In this document: positions 11,601 to 24,300 of the stretch, piece by piece | How the letters are laid out: each line of letters begins with the position of its first letter | How positions within the stretch are numbered: position 1 is the first letter of the stretch | Made by a program: the position numbers and the translations under genes | DNA from: Ranitomeya imitator | Lineage: Eukaryota | Length of the DNA: 64,000 bases | Assembly (NCBI RefSeq): GCF_032444005.1 | Contig: NC_091283.1 | Span: forward strand, 341,062,001 to 341,126,000 | Reading direction: 5' to 3' | The notes under the pieces: generated by a model | Databases searched by the model: none | What the model was told of the DNA's origin: nothing | What the model saw: the letters and a program-made list of their open reading frames with translations, nothing else

Positions 11601-12658
11601 AATCCACCAGGGTCCGATTTACCACCCGAATCCAGGGAAACTCCATCTCTCAGCATGGATCCTGAAAGGGACATCTTAAAGGCTAGGGGCTTATCAGATC
11701 AGGTGATAGCCACTATCAAGGCCAGTAGGAAGCCGGTCACATCGGCTATATATTTAAAGATCTGGAAGCGTTTGTCTGGAGGGTGGCAAGTCTGAGGTTG
11801 CGGCAGACATTCCGGACATTCCTAGAATCCTAAACTTTCTGCAGGCCGGGTTCAACAAGGGCCTTAGACCAAGCACTCTGAAGATGCAGATCTCAGCACT
11901 TAGCTCCTTCTTTGACTACCCCATAGCTTCTCACCCGTGGGTGGTTAGATTGATTAGCGCTACTCAGAGGTTGCGCCCCACCATTAGGCAATTGACTCCT
12001 CCCTGGGACCTCAACCTGGTCCTCAGGTGCATACGCCTCGTCTGATAATATGCCCATTTCAATACTCACACGAAAGACAGCATTTCTAGTGGCAGTCACC
12101 ACGGCCAAGAGGGTGGGGGAAATCCAGGCCCTATGCACTAGGGACCCGTACCTACATATTAGAGAGGATAGTCTAATCCTTAAACTTGATCCATCTTTTA
12201 TCCCAAAAGTATGCTCAGCCAAAAACAGAAATCGGGAGATTGTATTGCCTTCATTTTGTAATAACCCTGCCAACGCAAAAGAAAAAGCCCTTCATTCCCT
12301 TGATGTCAGGCAAGCAGTCTTAGATTACCTAGCAGCCACTAGTTCCTGGCGGGTAGATCCAAACCTGTTCATTCTTTTTGGGGGAAAGAATAGGGGTAAG
12401 AGGGCCTCTAAGGCCTCTATTGCTTGTTGGATCACATCTGTGATTTCCGAGGCCCACCTGTCTGAAGGGGTCCCTCCTCCAGGGGATCTTCATGCCCACT
12501 CTACTCGAGGGATATCTACCTCCTGGGCTGAGAGGGCAGGTGCCTCTCTTGAGCAGATTTGTAGGGCAGCAACATCGGCAAGCACCAATACCTTTTGTAA
12601 ACATTATAAACTTGATGTCTTGTCTGTTCATTTGGGAGAAAAGTTCTCCAAGTGGTAA
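11595..12658 (+). pseudogene. DIRS tyrosine recombinase (N-terminal part disrupted, catalytic part open 12050-12658)
   Basis: TAKRVGEIQAL (catalytic R), HSLDVRQA, LHAHSTRG (HxxR), TFCKHY (catalytic Y). Confidence 0.86.
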
Positions 12659-12688
12659 TCTCACCCTAAGGAGGTGCTTTGGTACTCT

Positions 12689-12773
12689 CCATGGTGCTGT
12701 CAGGAGGGACGTCATGGAAAATAGGCATTAGTCCTACCGGTAATTATGCTTCCAGGAGTCCATCCTGACAGCA
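12689..12773 (+). repeat. DIRS internal complementary region (ICR)
   Basis: First half ccatggtgctgtcaggagggacgtcatggaaaa is complementary to the left terminus. Second half taggcattagtcctaccggtaattatg...ctgacagca is complementary to the right terminus. The join is at about 12721/12722. Confidence 0.9.
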
Positions 12774-13914
12774 CTGGTTGTTCCCTCCCTGTTTTGATGT
12801 TATGACATAACATGTAATGTGTTTCTGACATAAGATGTAATATGTTTTTTTGTCATTAAAGTATTATTTGCATTTCCATGAAGCGGTTCTTGTTACAACA
12901 CTGAGGATTTGGGGGTGGGACATGACCTTTAAACTCTCGTGTGTTTCCTGTCCCAGCAAGGGGGAGGAGGACATCTGCCATGGTGCTGTCAGGATGGACT
13001 CCTGGAAACATAATTACCGGTAGGACTAATGCCTATTTTTTAAATTCCTAAATCAAGAAAAAATAAATATTATTCCAATAAATACATTTGTGTGTAAATA
13101 AAAAAACAATAAAAAAATACATATTTAGTATTGCCGTGTCCGTAACGACCCGACCTATAAAACTGTCCCACTAGTTAACCCCTTCAGTAAACACTAAAAA
13201 AATCGAGGAAAAAAACAATGCTTTATTATCATACCGCCAAACAAAAAAGGAATAACAAGCGATCAAAAAGAAGGATATAAAAAAATGGTACCGCTGAAAA
13301 CGTCATCTTGTCGCGCAAAAAAATGAGCCACCATACAGCATCATCAGCGAAAAAATAAAACAGTTATAGCTCTCAGAATAAAGTGATGCAAAAACAATTA
13401 TTTTTTTATATAAAATAGTTTTTATTGTATAAAAGCGCCAAAACATAAAAAAGATATAAATGAGGTATTGCTGTAATTGTACTGACCTAAAGAATGAAGC
13501 TGCCTTATCAATTTTGCCACACGCGGAACGGTATAAACGCCCCACCCAAAAGAGTTTAATGAATTGCTGGTTTTTGTTCATTCTGCCTCCCAAAAATCGA
13601 AATAAAAAGTGATAAAAAAATGTCATGTGCCCGAAAATGGTACCAATAAAAACGTCAACTCGTCCTGCAAAAAACAGGATCTCACATGACTCTGGGGCCC
13701 AAAATATGGAAAAATTATAGCTCTCAAAATGTGGTGATGCAAAAACTATTTTTTGCAATAAAAAGCATCTTTTATCATGTGACAGTTGCCAAACATAAAA
13801 ACCTGATATAAAAACCCACCACAAATAGTAAATCAAACCTTTACACCTTTATCACCCCCTTAGTTAGGGAAAAATAATAAAATAATAAAATTTATTCATT
13901 TCTATTTTCTCATT

Positions 13915-14215
13915 AGGATTAGGGTTAGTGCTAAAGTTAGGGCTGGGGCTAGAGTTGGGGATAGGGTTTGGATTACATTTACGGTTGGGATTAGGGTTAG
14001 GGGTGTGTCAGGGTTAGGGGTGTGGTTAGGGTTTGGGGTGTGTTGGGGTTAGTGTTGTGGTTAGGTTTGAGATTAGGGTGTGGGGTGTGTTGGGGTTAGG
14101 GTTGTGGTTAGCATTGGGATTAGTGTTAGGGGTATGCTCCGGTTAGGGGTGTGGTTATGGTTAGGGGTGGGATTAGGGTTAGCGGTGTGTTGGGGTTAGG
14201 GTTGGAGTTAGAATT
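13915..14215 (+). repeat. Degenerate TTAGGG-like G-rich tract
   Basis: Mix of ttaggg, gttggg and gtgtgg units inside the non-autonomous element. Confidence 0.8.
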
Positions 14216-16425
14216 GGGGTTTCCACTGTTTAGGCACACCAAGGGCTCTCCACACGTGACATGGTGTCTGATCTCAATTACAGCCAATTCTGTGTTGAAA
14301 AAGTAAAATGGTGCTCCTTCCCTTCCAAGCCCTGCTTGCGCTCAAACAGTGGTTTACCGTATCAGCATACTCTGGACATATTGGACCACAACTTTTGTGG
14401 TCCAATTTCTCCTGTTACTCTTGGGAAAATAAAAATTTTGGGGCTAAAAAATAATTTATGTGGGAAAAAATTATTTTTTATTTTCACTGCTCTGCGTTAT
14501 AAACTTTAGGGAAACCCTTGGGGGTTCACAGTTCTCACAACACATCTAGATAAGTTCCTTGTTGGGTCTAGTTTCCAATATGGGGTCACTTGTGTGGGGA
14601 TTCTACTGTTTAGGTACATCAGGGGCTCTGCAAACAACGTGATGCCCGCAGACCATTCCATCAAAGTCTGCATTCCAATACGTCGCTCCTCCCCTTCCAA
14701 GCTCTGACATGCGCCCAAATGGTGGTTCCCCCCACATATGGGGTATCAGCGTACTCGGAGCAGATTTCACAAGAACTTTTGGGGTTTAATTTCTCCTGTT
14801 ACCTTTGGGAAAATTAAAAATTGGGGGCGAAAAGATCATTGTTGTGAAAAAAATATGATTTTTTATCTTTATGGCTCTACATTATAAACTTCTATGAAGC
14901 ACTTGGGGTTCAAAGTGCTCACTACACCTTTAGATAAGTTCCTTAGGGGGTCTTCTTTCCAAAATGATGTCACTTGGGGGTTTCCACTGTTTAGGCACAT
15001 CAGGGAGTCTCCAAATGCAACATGGCGTTCGATCTCGATTCCAGCCAATTTTGCATTGAAAACTTAAACAGCGCTCCTTCCCTTCCAAGCTCTGCCATGC
15101 GCCCAAACATTGGTTTACCCCCACATTTTAGGTATTAGTGTACTCAGGACAAATTGTACAACTACGTTTGGTTTTCAATTTCTCCTGTTACCCTTGGTAA
15201 TTTAAAACAAATTGGATCTGACCTAAATTTTTTGTGAAAAAAAGTTAAATGTCCATTTTTTTTAAACATTCCAAAAATTCCTGTGTAGCACCTAAAGGGT
15301 TAATAAACGTCTTGAATGTGGTTTGAGCACCTTGATGGGGGCAGACTTAGAATAGTGTCACTTTTGGATATTTTCTATCATATTGACCCCTCAAAGTGAC
15401 TTCAAATGTAATGTGATCCCTAAAATAAAATGGTGTTGTAAAAATGAGAAATCGCTGGTCAACTTTTAACCCTTATAACTCCCTAACAAAAAAAAAAATT
15501 GGTTCCAAAATTGTGCTGATGTAAAGTAGACATGTGGGAAATATTACTCATTAAGTATTTTGTGTGACATATCTGTGTGATTTAAGGGCATAAAAATTCA
15601 AATTTGTAAAATTGCGAAATTTTCTAAATTTTTGCCAAATTTCTGTTTTTTTGGACAAATAAACGCAAGTCATATCAAAGAAATTTTACTACTCTCATGA
15701 AGTACAATATGTCATAAGAAAACAGTGTCAGAATCACTGGGATCCGTTGAAGTGTTCCAGAGTTATAACCTCTTAAAGGGACAGTGGTCAGAATTGTAAA
15801 AATTGGCCTGGTCATTAACGTGCAAACCACCGTTGTCGGTAAAGGGGTTAAAGCAATCTGCCCTATGACTGTGATTAAATCATTAACAGATTTTCTGACA
15901 GGGGGAGTTGCCTTCACCAGCATTTTTAAGAGAGCCCAGTCATGCCGGAGTCTCTCAGACATCTTACAACACGGAGTGCACATCGTAGAATGTCTGATTC
16001 CGTGTAAAATTCACTGTTTAGCAGTATTTTCTTTGGAATGCCTGGGAAAATTGAGGTTACAAATTCAAATACCATATTATCATTTCTTTGTAAATATTTA
16101 AATCATTATATATAAACTGCTCAATAAAATAAAGGGAATTCCTAGATATCACTGAATGAAATATTCCAGTTGTAAATTTTTATTCATTACATAGTGGAAT
16201 GTGTTGAGAACAATAAAACCTAAAAATGATCAACCTAAATCACAACTAATATCCCATGGAGGTCTGGAGTTGGAATGATGCTCAAAATCAAAGTGGAAAA
16301 TGAAGTTACAGGCTGATCCAACTTCGGTGGAAATGCCTCAAGACAAGGAAATGATGCTCAGTAGTGTGTGTCGCCTCCACGTGCCTGTATGATCTCCCTA
16401 CAAGACCTGGGTATGCTCCTGACCA

Positions 16426-16869
16426 TTGGGCTTTTTTAGGTGCGGAAATTGCTTTAAATGCCAATATGTTAAGCAATCTAAGCAATTCACCAGTGCGGCG
16501 AACGGGAAATGCTTCGATATAAGAGACTTTGGAAACTGCAAGTCAGCAGGAGTAGTATATAAGATCACCTGCCCCTGTCCCCTAGATTACATTATCAAGA
16601 CCACCAGGGAGCTTAGAACTAGATTTGGTGAACATCTTGGGGACATTAGGCACAGGAGGGATACCCCAGTTGCCCGGCATGTCAATTAGGTACATGAAGG
16701 AAATTTGGAGGGGATCACTTTCTGCATGATTGAACTCCTAAAACCAAGGACAAGGGGAGGGGATTTTGATAAGGCCCTCCTAAAACGTGAGGCGGAGTGG
16801 ATCTTTCGAATGCAGTCCGTGTCGCCGCGGGGGCTAAATGAATCTTTGACCTATACGTGTTTTCTGTAA
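16426..16869 (+). pseudogene. Penelope GIY-YIG endonuclease domain remnant
   Basis: CGNCFKCQY...GVVYKITCPCPLDYIIKTTRELRTRFGEH...HVN*VHEG...LLKREAEWIFRMQSVSPRGLN, with one in-frame TAG at 16687-16689. Confidence 0.87.
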
Positions 16870-17797
16870 TGGCAGCCCATTTGCATACCTGGTACATCTT
16901 TTGGAAACTCTGTTTGCTCCTGTCTTACATTATATAAAAAGAACGAGGAACTCTAGTTTGGAACTGTCATATAAACCGCATATTTATATGTTTGCAGGTG
17001 TCAATTTTGACTAATATTGATGAAATCCATTATATTCCTGTATCTTGTACCAAACGGACATATTTCTTATAACATTTCTCTCTGAGGATATTCTTTTCTT
17101 TATTATTGATTACTTATAGTACAGACTTTCATTATTTATTTTTGTGTGGCTATTACAATAGGAGCGGTTGCCACTATTATCTGTATATCACTACACATAT
17201 GTGAATTTAAAGGTCCTATCACCTTAAGAATATTCCTCTGGCTCCGGTATACCCGGCACATGCGCAGCTAGGGGGTTTGGATGTCCAGCAGAGCGTGCAC
17301 TTCGCTCTTCTAGCAGGAAGTGCGGCGGCCATTAACATGTCTCGTGCGCTTCTAATCAGCGTGCGTTCCAGGACAGAGCGCATGCGTGATATCGTTGGTC
17401 TATGGTATGCCTCTGGCGCGTGCACACTCTGCAGGTCTAATAGCAAGTATGGCGTTCTCCATCGCACATCATGTGCGTGCGCTCTGGGACAGAGCACAGT
17501 ACATATATCCGGCACGGTATGCATTATTTACATCTATCAATGATCCTATTTGGGCTGTGGGGGAGGGAACCATATGCCGCTATGGACATGCATGTACCAA
17601 TCGGTCCTGATTTTTGGACCTTGTTTGTTGTTATACCCGGTGTTTCCGGAAACTATGGGGGCGGTTCCCCACTGGTGGGCTGTTACTGGCCAGTGGATTT
17701 CATTCTTTAGTATAAAAACCCTCCCCATTTGGATCTAACCAGGTCTGCCCAGGTATCAGGGCACCTGCATCTATGCACTACTGGTTCTTACATCTCT

Positions 17798-17837
17798 GCC
17801 TCCTGAGGAACCGTATGACGGGGAAACGCATCGGGGC
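17798..17837 (+). ncRNA. Type I hammerhead ribozyme relic (probably inactive)
   Basis: Stem I GCCTC/GGGGC; core CTGAGGA at 17803-17809; stem II CCGT-atg-ACGG; GAAAC at 17823-17827; stem III AC-GC-AT (GT expected); cleavage-site C at 17832. Confidence 0.62.
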
Positions 17838-18689
17838 GATTACTTGGAAGCTAAGTGGCTTTGGGCTAATACCCTCCTTTTGCTGTCCTTGGAATCATCT
17901 ATATGTGTTTGTTAAGACTGTAAATTGCTGATAGTAGCCACTGTTAGCTATGAGTATTTGAGCAACTAGCTTGCAGCTCAGTGTCTTTCGGGCAAAATTC
18001 TGTTCCTATTGTATTTTGTGGCATCAACAGTGTTATATACTGTCTAAGACTGATGGACTATACTTGTTATCACTGATTACCCATCTAAATGTACTAATGG
18101 TGTATGCTGCTTAAGGCTATCCAAGATTGGTTGCTTTGTACAGTCTAGTAGTGTCTTGAACCAGGTTTTTAATAATTAGGTAGCTTTACCTCCCCCTGCT
18201 ACTATTATCCCTTTTTGTCTGCAACTCCATTTAGAGCTGGCTGTATTTGTACATCTAGTGGCCATTAGCCAGTACGTTATGAGCTGAGTAGTTATATGTT
18301 TATACCATTGCTCAGTTGCAGTGCATATAATAATTCTTGTCGCAGGATATTGTATGGGGGTTATATATATTTTTTGTGCACTTTAGTTTATTACCCTATG
18401 CTTTCTTTCATATGCTTATTGTTTTCCCACCTATAGCTTATCAGGAGCTTAACAGGGTGAGCTGGGGACAGCCGCCGCTGAGTGGGGGCGCCAAAATCGC
18501 TTCTATCAGGGTGCCAACCTCCACTGCTAGGAAGGGACAGCAGCTAAGCGTAGGGTTATATGTTAGGTTAGGTGCACAATTAGATCTTTTTTTGTTTTTT
18601 TGTGTTTCACCGGGATTAGGTATTTTTATAGTATTTATAATAATAAAGTCATTGTTTTAAAGGGACAACATGTTACACAGTATATAATT

Positions 18690-19218
18690 TTAAAACCTAC
18701 AAGAGAAAAAAGTAAATGAAAACCCTGATATAACAAAGTAAAAAAAGCAAAAATGCATTTAAATAACACAGAGTTTTTAGTAATACTGTTTTTTGATCAA
18801 AAAATAGCACAAAAGCCATCCCACCTCGTCACGGTAACTCTGATCGGGACAGTCCTAAACTATCTAATATTAAAACCTTACCATGTGTCAATGTTGACCT
18901 CAGTGTGAATAAGGGCAGATGAAAGGACTGAGCCCAAACAGTGAAACACTAGACTAGCGAAGCCTTATATAGTTTCTAGCTCAGAAACAGGGAGGCCACA
19001 CCCCGGATTGCACAGAATGCAACAATACACAGAAAAAAAAAAAAAACACAAAATTGAGCTTAACTTAAGTTGGTATACATGCTGAGGTAAAACGCATGTT
19101 CAAAATGGCCACAAAACATTAAAACCTACAAGAGAAAAAAGTAAATGAAAACCCTGATATAACTAAGTAAAAAAAAAGCAAAAATGCATTTAAATAACAC
19201 AGAGTTTTTAGTAATACT
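18690..19218. repeat. Segment bounded by ~98-bp direct repeats
   Basis: ttaaaacctacaagagaaaaaagtaaatg...gagtttttagtaatact at 18690-18787 and 19119-19218. Confidence 0.8.
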
Positions 19219-20109
19219 AATAATAATAATTTTCCCTACTTTATATCCAATTTTTTTGGCGTCCTATGCTCCTGATGAGCTGGCGGATGGTCTCCTGATG
19301 GATTTCCTCCCAGACCTGGACTAAAGCATCCACACTCCTGGGCAGTCTGTGGTGCATTGTGAGGTTGGTGGTGGGACATGATGTCCCAGATGTGTTCAAT
19401 CGGATCCAGGTCTGGGGAACGGGCGGACCAGTCCATAGCTTCAAAGCTTTCATCTTGTAGGAACTGCTGACACACTCCAGCCACATGAGGTCTAGCATTG
19501 TCCTGCATTAAGAGGAACCCAGGGCCAACCGCACCAGCATATGGTCTCACAAGGGGTCTGAGGATCTCATCTCGGTACCTAATGGCAGTCAGGCTACCTC
19601 TGGTGAGCACATGGAGGGCTGTACGACCATCCAAAGAAATGCCACCCCACACCATTACTGAACCACTGCCAAACCGGTCATGCTGAAGGATGTTGCAGGC
19701 AGCAGATCGCTCTCCATGGCGTCACCAGACTCTGTCACCTCTGTCACATGGGCTCAGTGTGAACCTGTTTTCATCTATCAAGAGCACAGGGCGCAGTGGC
19801 GAATTTGCCAATCCTGGTGTTCTGTGGCAAATGGCAAGCATCCTGGACGGTGTTGGGCTGTGAGCACAACCCCCATTTGTGGACGTCAAGCACTTAGACC
19901 ATCCTCATGGAGTTGGTTTCTAACAGTTTTTGCAGACACCTGCACATTGTGGCCTGCTGGAGGTCATTTTGCAGGGCTCTGGCAGTGCTCCTCCTGTTCC
20001 TCCTTGCACAAAGGTGGAGGTAGCGGTCCTGCTGCTGGGTTGTTGCCCTCCTACGGCCCCCTCTACATCTCCTGGTGTACTAGGCTGTCTCCTGGTAGCG
20101 CCTCGATAT

Positions 20110-21075
20110 GGTGCCCACATTGCTATATACTATGTGGGCTGTGTTATATACTACGTGGGCTGTGTTATATACTACGTGGGCTGTGTTATATACTGCATGG
20201 GCTGTGTTATATACTACATCTCTGTGCTATATACTACGTGGGCTGTGCTATATACTAGATTGCTGTGCTATATACTACATGGGCTGTGTTATATACTGTG
20301 TGAGCTGTGTTATATACTGCGTCTCTGTGCTATACACTACGTGGGCTGTGCAATATACTATGTAGCTTTGTTATATACTGCATGAGCTGTGCTATATACT
20401 ACGTAGCTGTGCAATATATTATGTGGCTGGGCAATATACTATGTAGCTGTGTTATATACTGCGTGAGCTGTGCTATATACTATGTGAGCTGTGCTATATA
20501 CTATGTGGCTGTGTTATATACTACTTGGGCTGTGCTATATACTATGTAGCTGTGCAATACACATGGCTGGGCAATATACTACGTGGCTGTGTTATATACT
20601 ACGTGGCCTGTGTTATATACTACATTGCTTGTGTTATATACTACTTGGGATGTGCTATATACTGCGTGGGCTGTGTTATACACTGCATGGGCTGTGCTAT
20701 ATACTACGTGGGCTGTTATACACTGCGTGGGCTGTTATATACTACGTGGGCTGTGCTGTATACTACGTGGGCTGTGTTATACACTGCATGGGCTGTGCTA
20801 TATACTACGTGGGCTGTGTTATACACTGCGTGGGCTGTGCTATATACTGCGTGGCCTGTGCTATATACTACGTGGGCTGTGCTATATACTATGTGGCTGT
20901 GCTATATGCTACATGGGCTGTGCTATATACTACGTGGCCTGTATTATATACTACGTGGCCTGTGCTATATACTACGTGGCCTGTGCTATATGCTATGTGG
21001 GCTGTGTTATATGCTATGTGGGCTGTGTTATATGCTACGTTGGCTGTGTTATATGCTACTTGGCTGTAGCATATT
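20110..21075. repeat. ~21-bp minisatellite (ctgtgctatatactacgtggg)n
   Basis: Direct inspection: dozens of degenerate units. Confidence 0.95.
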
Positions 21076-21341
21076 TCTCTGCTGTATCTGTGCATCATGA
21101 ATCGTGGTATGTGTTAAAGAGGGGGGCTCACTGAGACTTTCACCTGGGGCCCTCAAAAACCTGGAGCCGGCCCTGGCTTCACTGTTCGCGGCCGGCCAGG
21201 CGTGACCAATCAATCAGCAACAGGCGCAGTCCGGCCGCGAATTGGCGCGGAATTTGAACCACGCTTCGCTAATTGGTCACACTCAGCCAGCTGAATCCTG
21301 TCTATAAATTGCATTATTGTGAAAACTTCATAAATAAACTA

Positions 21342-24300
21342 CCGTATATACTCGAGTATAAGCCGACCCGAGTATAAGCCGACCCCCCTAATTTTGCCAC
21401 AAAAAACTGGGAAAACTTATTGACTCGAGTATAAGCCTAGGGTAGAAAATGCAGCAGCTACCGGTGAATTTCAAAAATAAAAATAGATGCTCCATACCGT
21501 TCATTATTGCCCCATAGATGCTCCATATACAACTGTGCTATATAGAATGCTCTGCACCTTTGATTATGGCCCCATAGATGCTCCTTATAATGCTGTGCCA
21601 TATATGCTCTGCACCTTTGATTATGGCCCCATAGATGCTCCTTATAATGCTGTGCCATATATGCTCTGCACCGTTGATTATGGCCCCATAGATGCTCCTT
21701 ATAATGCTGTGCCATATATAATGCTCTGCACCTTTGATTATGGCCCCATAGGTGCTCCTTATAATGCTGTGCCATATATAATGCTCTGCACCGTTGATTA
21801 TGGCCCCATAGATGCTCCTTATAATGCTGTGCCATATATGCTCTGCACCTTTGATTATGGCCCCATAGATGCTCCTTATAATGCTGTGCCATATATGCTC
21901 TGCACCTTTGATTATGGCCCCATAGATGCTCCTTATAATGCTGTGCCATATATGCTCTGCACCTTTGATTATGGCCCCATAGGTGCTCCTTATAATGCTG
22001 TGCCATATATACTCTGCACCTTTGATTATGGCCCCATAGGTGCTCCTTATAATGCTGTGCCATATATGCTCTGCACCTTTGATTATGGCCCCATAGGTGC
22101 TCCTTATAATGCTGTGCCATATATAATGCTCTGCACCGTTGATTATGGCCCCATAGATGCTCCTTATAATGCTGTGCCATATATGCTCTGCACCGTTGAT
22201 TATGGCCCCATAGATGCTCCTTATAATGCTGTGCCATATATGCTCTGCACCTTTGATTATGGCCCCATAGATGCTCCTTATAATGCTGTGCCATATATGC
22301 TCTGCACCTTTGATTATGGCCCCATAGATGCTCCTTATAATGCTGTGCCATATATGCTCTGCACCTTTGATTATGGCCCCATAGGTGCTCCTTATAATGC
22401 TGTGCCATATATACTCTGCACCTTTGATTATGGCCCCATAGGTGCTCCTTATAATGCTGTGCCATATATGCTCTGCACCTTTGATTATGGCCCCATAGGT
22501 GCTCCTTATAATGCTGTGCCATATATAATGCTCTGCACCGTTGATTATGGCCCCATAGATGCTCCTTATAATGCTGTGCCATATATGCTCTGCACCGTTG
22601 ATTATGGCCCCATAGGTGCTCCTTATAATGCTGTGCCATATATGCTCTGCACCTTTGATTATGGCCCCATAGATGCTCCTAATAATGCTGTGCCCCATAT
22701 ATGCTCTGCACCTTTGATTATGGCCCCATAGGTGCTCCTTATAATGCTGTGCCATATATGCTCTGCACCTTTGATTATGGCCCCATAGATGCTCCTTATA
22801 AAGCTGTGCCATATATGCTCTGCACCGTTGATTATGGCCCCATAGATGCTCCTTATAATGCTGTGCCATATATGCTCTGCACCTTTGATTATGGCCCCAT
22901 AGATGCTCCTTATAAAGCTGTGCCATATATGCTCTGCACCGTTGATTATGGCCCCATAGATGCTCCTTATAATGCTGTGCCATATATGCTCTGCACCGTT
23001 GATTATGGCCCCATAGATGCTCCTTATAATGCTGTGCCATATATAATGCTCTGCACCGTTGATTATGGCCCCATAGATGCTCCTTATAATGCTGTGCCAT
23101 ATATGCTCTACACCGTTGATTATGGCCCCATAGATGCCCCTTATAAAGCTGTGCCATATATGCTCTGCACCGTTGATTATGGCCCCATAGGTGCTCCTTA
23201 TAAAGCTGTGCCATATATACTCTGCACCTTTGATTATGGCCCCATAGATGCCCCTTATAAAGCTGTGCCATATATGCTCTGCACCTTTGATTATGGCCCC
23301 ATAGATGCTCCTTATAATGCTGTGCCATATATGCTCTGCACCGTTGATTATGGCCCCATAGGTGCTCCTTATAAAGCTGTGCCATATATGCTCTGCACCT
23401 TTGATTATGGCCCCATAGATGCTCCTTATAATGCTGTGCCATATATGCTCTGCACCTTTGATTATGGCCCCATAGATGCCCCTTATAAAGCTGTGCCACA
23501 TATGCTCTGCACCGTTGATTATGGCCCCATAGGTGCTCCTTATAATGCTGTGCCATATATAATGCTCTGCACCTTTGATTATGGCCCCATAGGTGCTCCT
23601 TATAATGCTGTGCCATATATAATGCTCTGCACCTTTGATTATGGCCCCATAGGTGCTCCTTATAATGCTGTGCCATATATGCTCTGCACCTTTGATTATG
23701 GCCCCATAGGTGCTCCTTATAATGCTGTGCCATATATGCTCTGCACCTTTGATTATGGCCCCATAGGTGCTCCTTATAATGCTGTGCCATATATGCTCTG
23801 CACCTTTGATTATGGCCCCATAGGTGCTCCTTATAAAGCTGTGCCATATATGCTCTGCACCGTTCATTATGGCCCCATATATGCTCCTTATAATGCTGTG
23901 CCATATATGCTCTGCACCTTTGATTATGGCCCCATAGGTGCTCCTTATAATGCTGTGCCATATATGCTCTGCACCTTTGATTATGGCCCCATAGGTGCTC
24001 CTTATAATGCTGTGCCATATATAATGCTCTGCACCTTTGATTATGGCCCCATAGGTGCTCCTTATAATGCTGTGCCATATATAATGCTCTGCACCTTTGA
24101 TTATGGCCCCATAGGTGCTCCTTATAATGCTGTGCCATATATGCTCTGCACCTTTGATTATGGCCCCATAGGTGCTCCTTATAATGCTGTGCCATATATG
24201 CTCTGCACCTTTGATTATGGCCCCATAGGTGCTCCTTATAATGCTGTGCCATATATGCTCTGCACCTTTGATTATGGCCCCATAGGTGCTCCTTATAAAG

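Larger units (their letters stand above)
9487..13040 (+). mobile_element. DIRS1-type tyrosine-recombinase retrotransposon, internally deleted
   Basis: Left ITR 9487-9596 is inverted at ~12899-12995, followed by a right-end extension to ~13035. ICR at 12689-12773. RT, RNase H, methyltransferase-like and YR coding remnants. T-runs at both junctions, no TSD. Confidence 0.93.
9185..15847. mobile_element. Large non-autonomous piggyBac-like element hosting the DIRS insertion
   Basis: Right end AGGGG|TTAA at 15847/15848-51; 30624-30750 matches this end in reverse complement; internal ~300-450-bp direct repeats at 14.2-15.3 kb. No left TTAA terminus was found, so the left boundary is approximate. 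Confidence 0.55.
16423..19264 (+). mobile_element. Penelope-like (PLE) insertion, 5'-truncated, with extra downstream sequence
   Basis: 11-bp direct repeat TATGCTCCTGA at 16412-16422 and 19265-19275 brackets it; it begins with a GIY-YIG coding remnant and contains a hammerhead relic. Confidence 0.75.
16115..20105 (-). mobile_element. Tc1 transposon (family C), 5'-truncated and split by the 16423-19264 insertion
   Basis: Degenerate TIR ta|aactgctcaataaaataaagggaa at 16115. The transposase C-terminus at 16370-16422 continues at 19265. ORF 19236-19655 has WGGIS, MQDNARPH and SPDLDPIE (DD34E). Confidence 0.85.

Noticed and set aside
13915-14215. True interstitial telomere or chromosome fusion scar
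   Set aside because: Short, highly degenerate, single orientation, and embedded in a repeat element.
20108-21134. Cys/Tyr-rich ORFs
   Set aside because: Artefacts of the 21-bp minisatellite.
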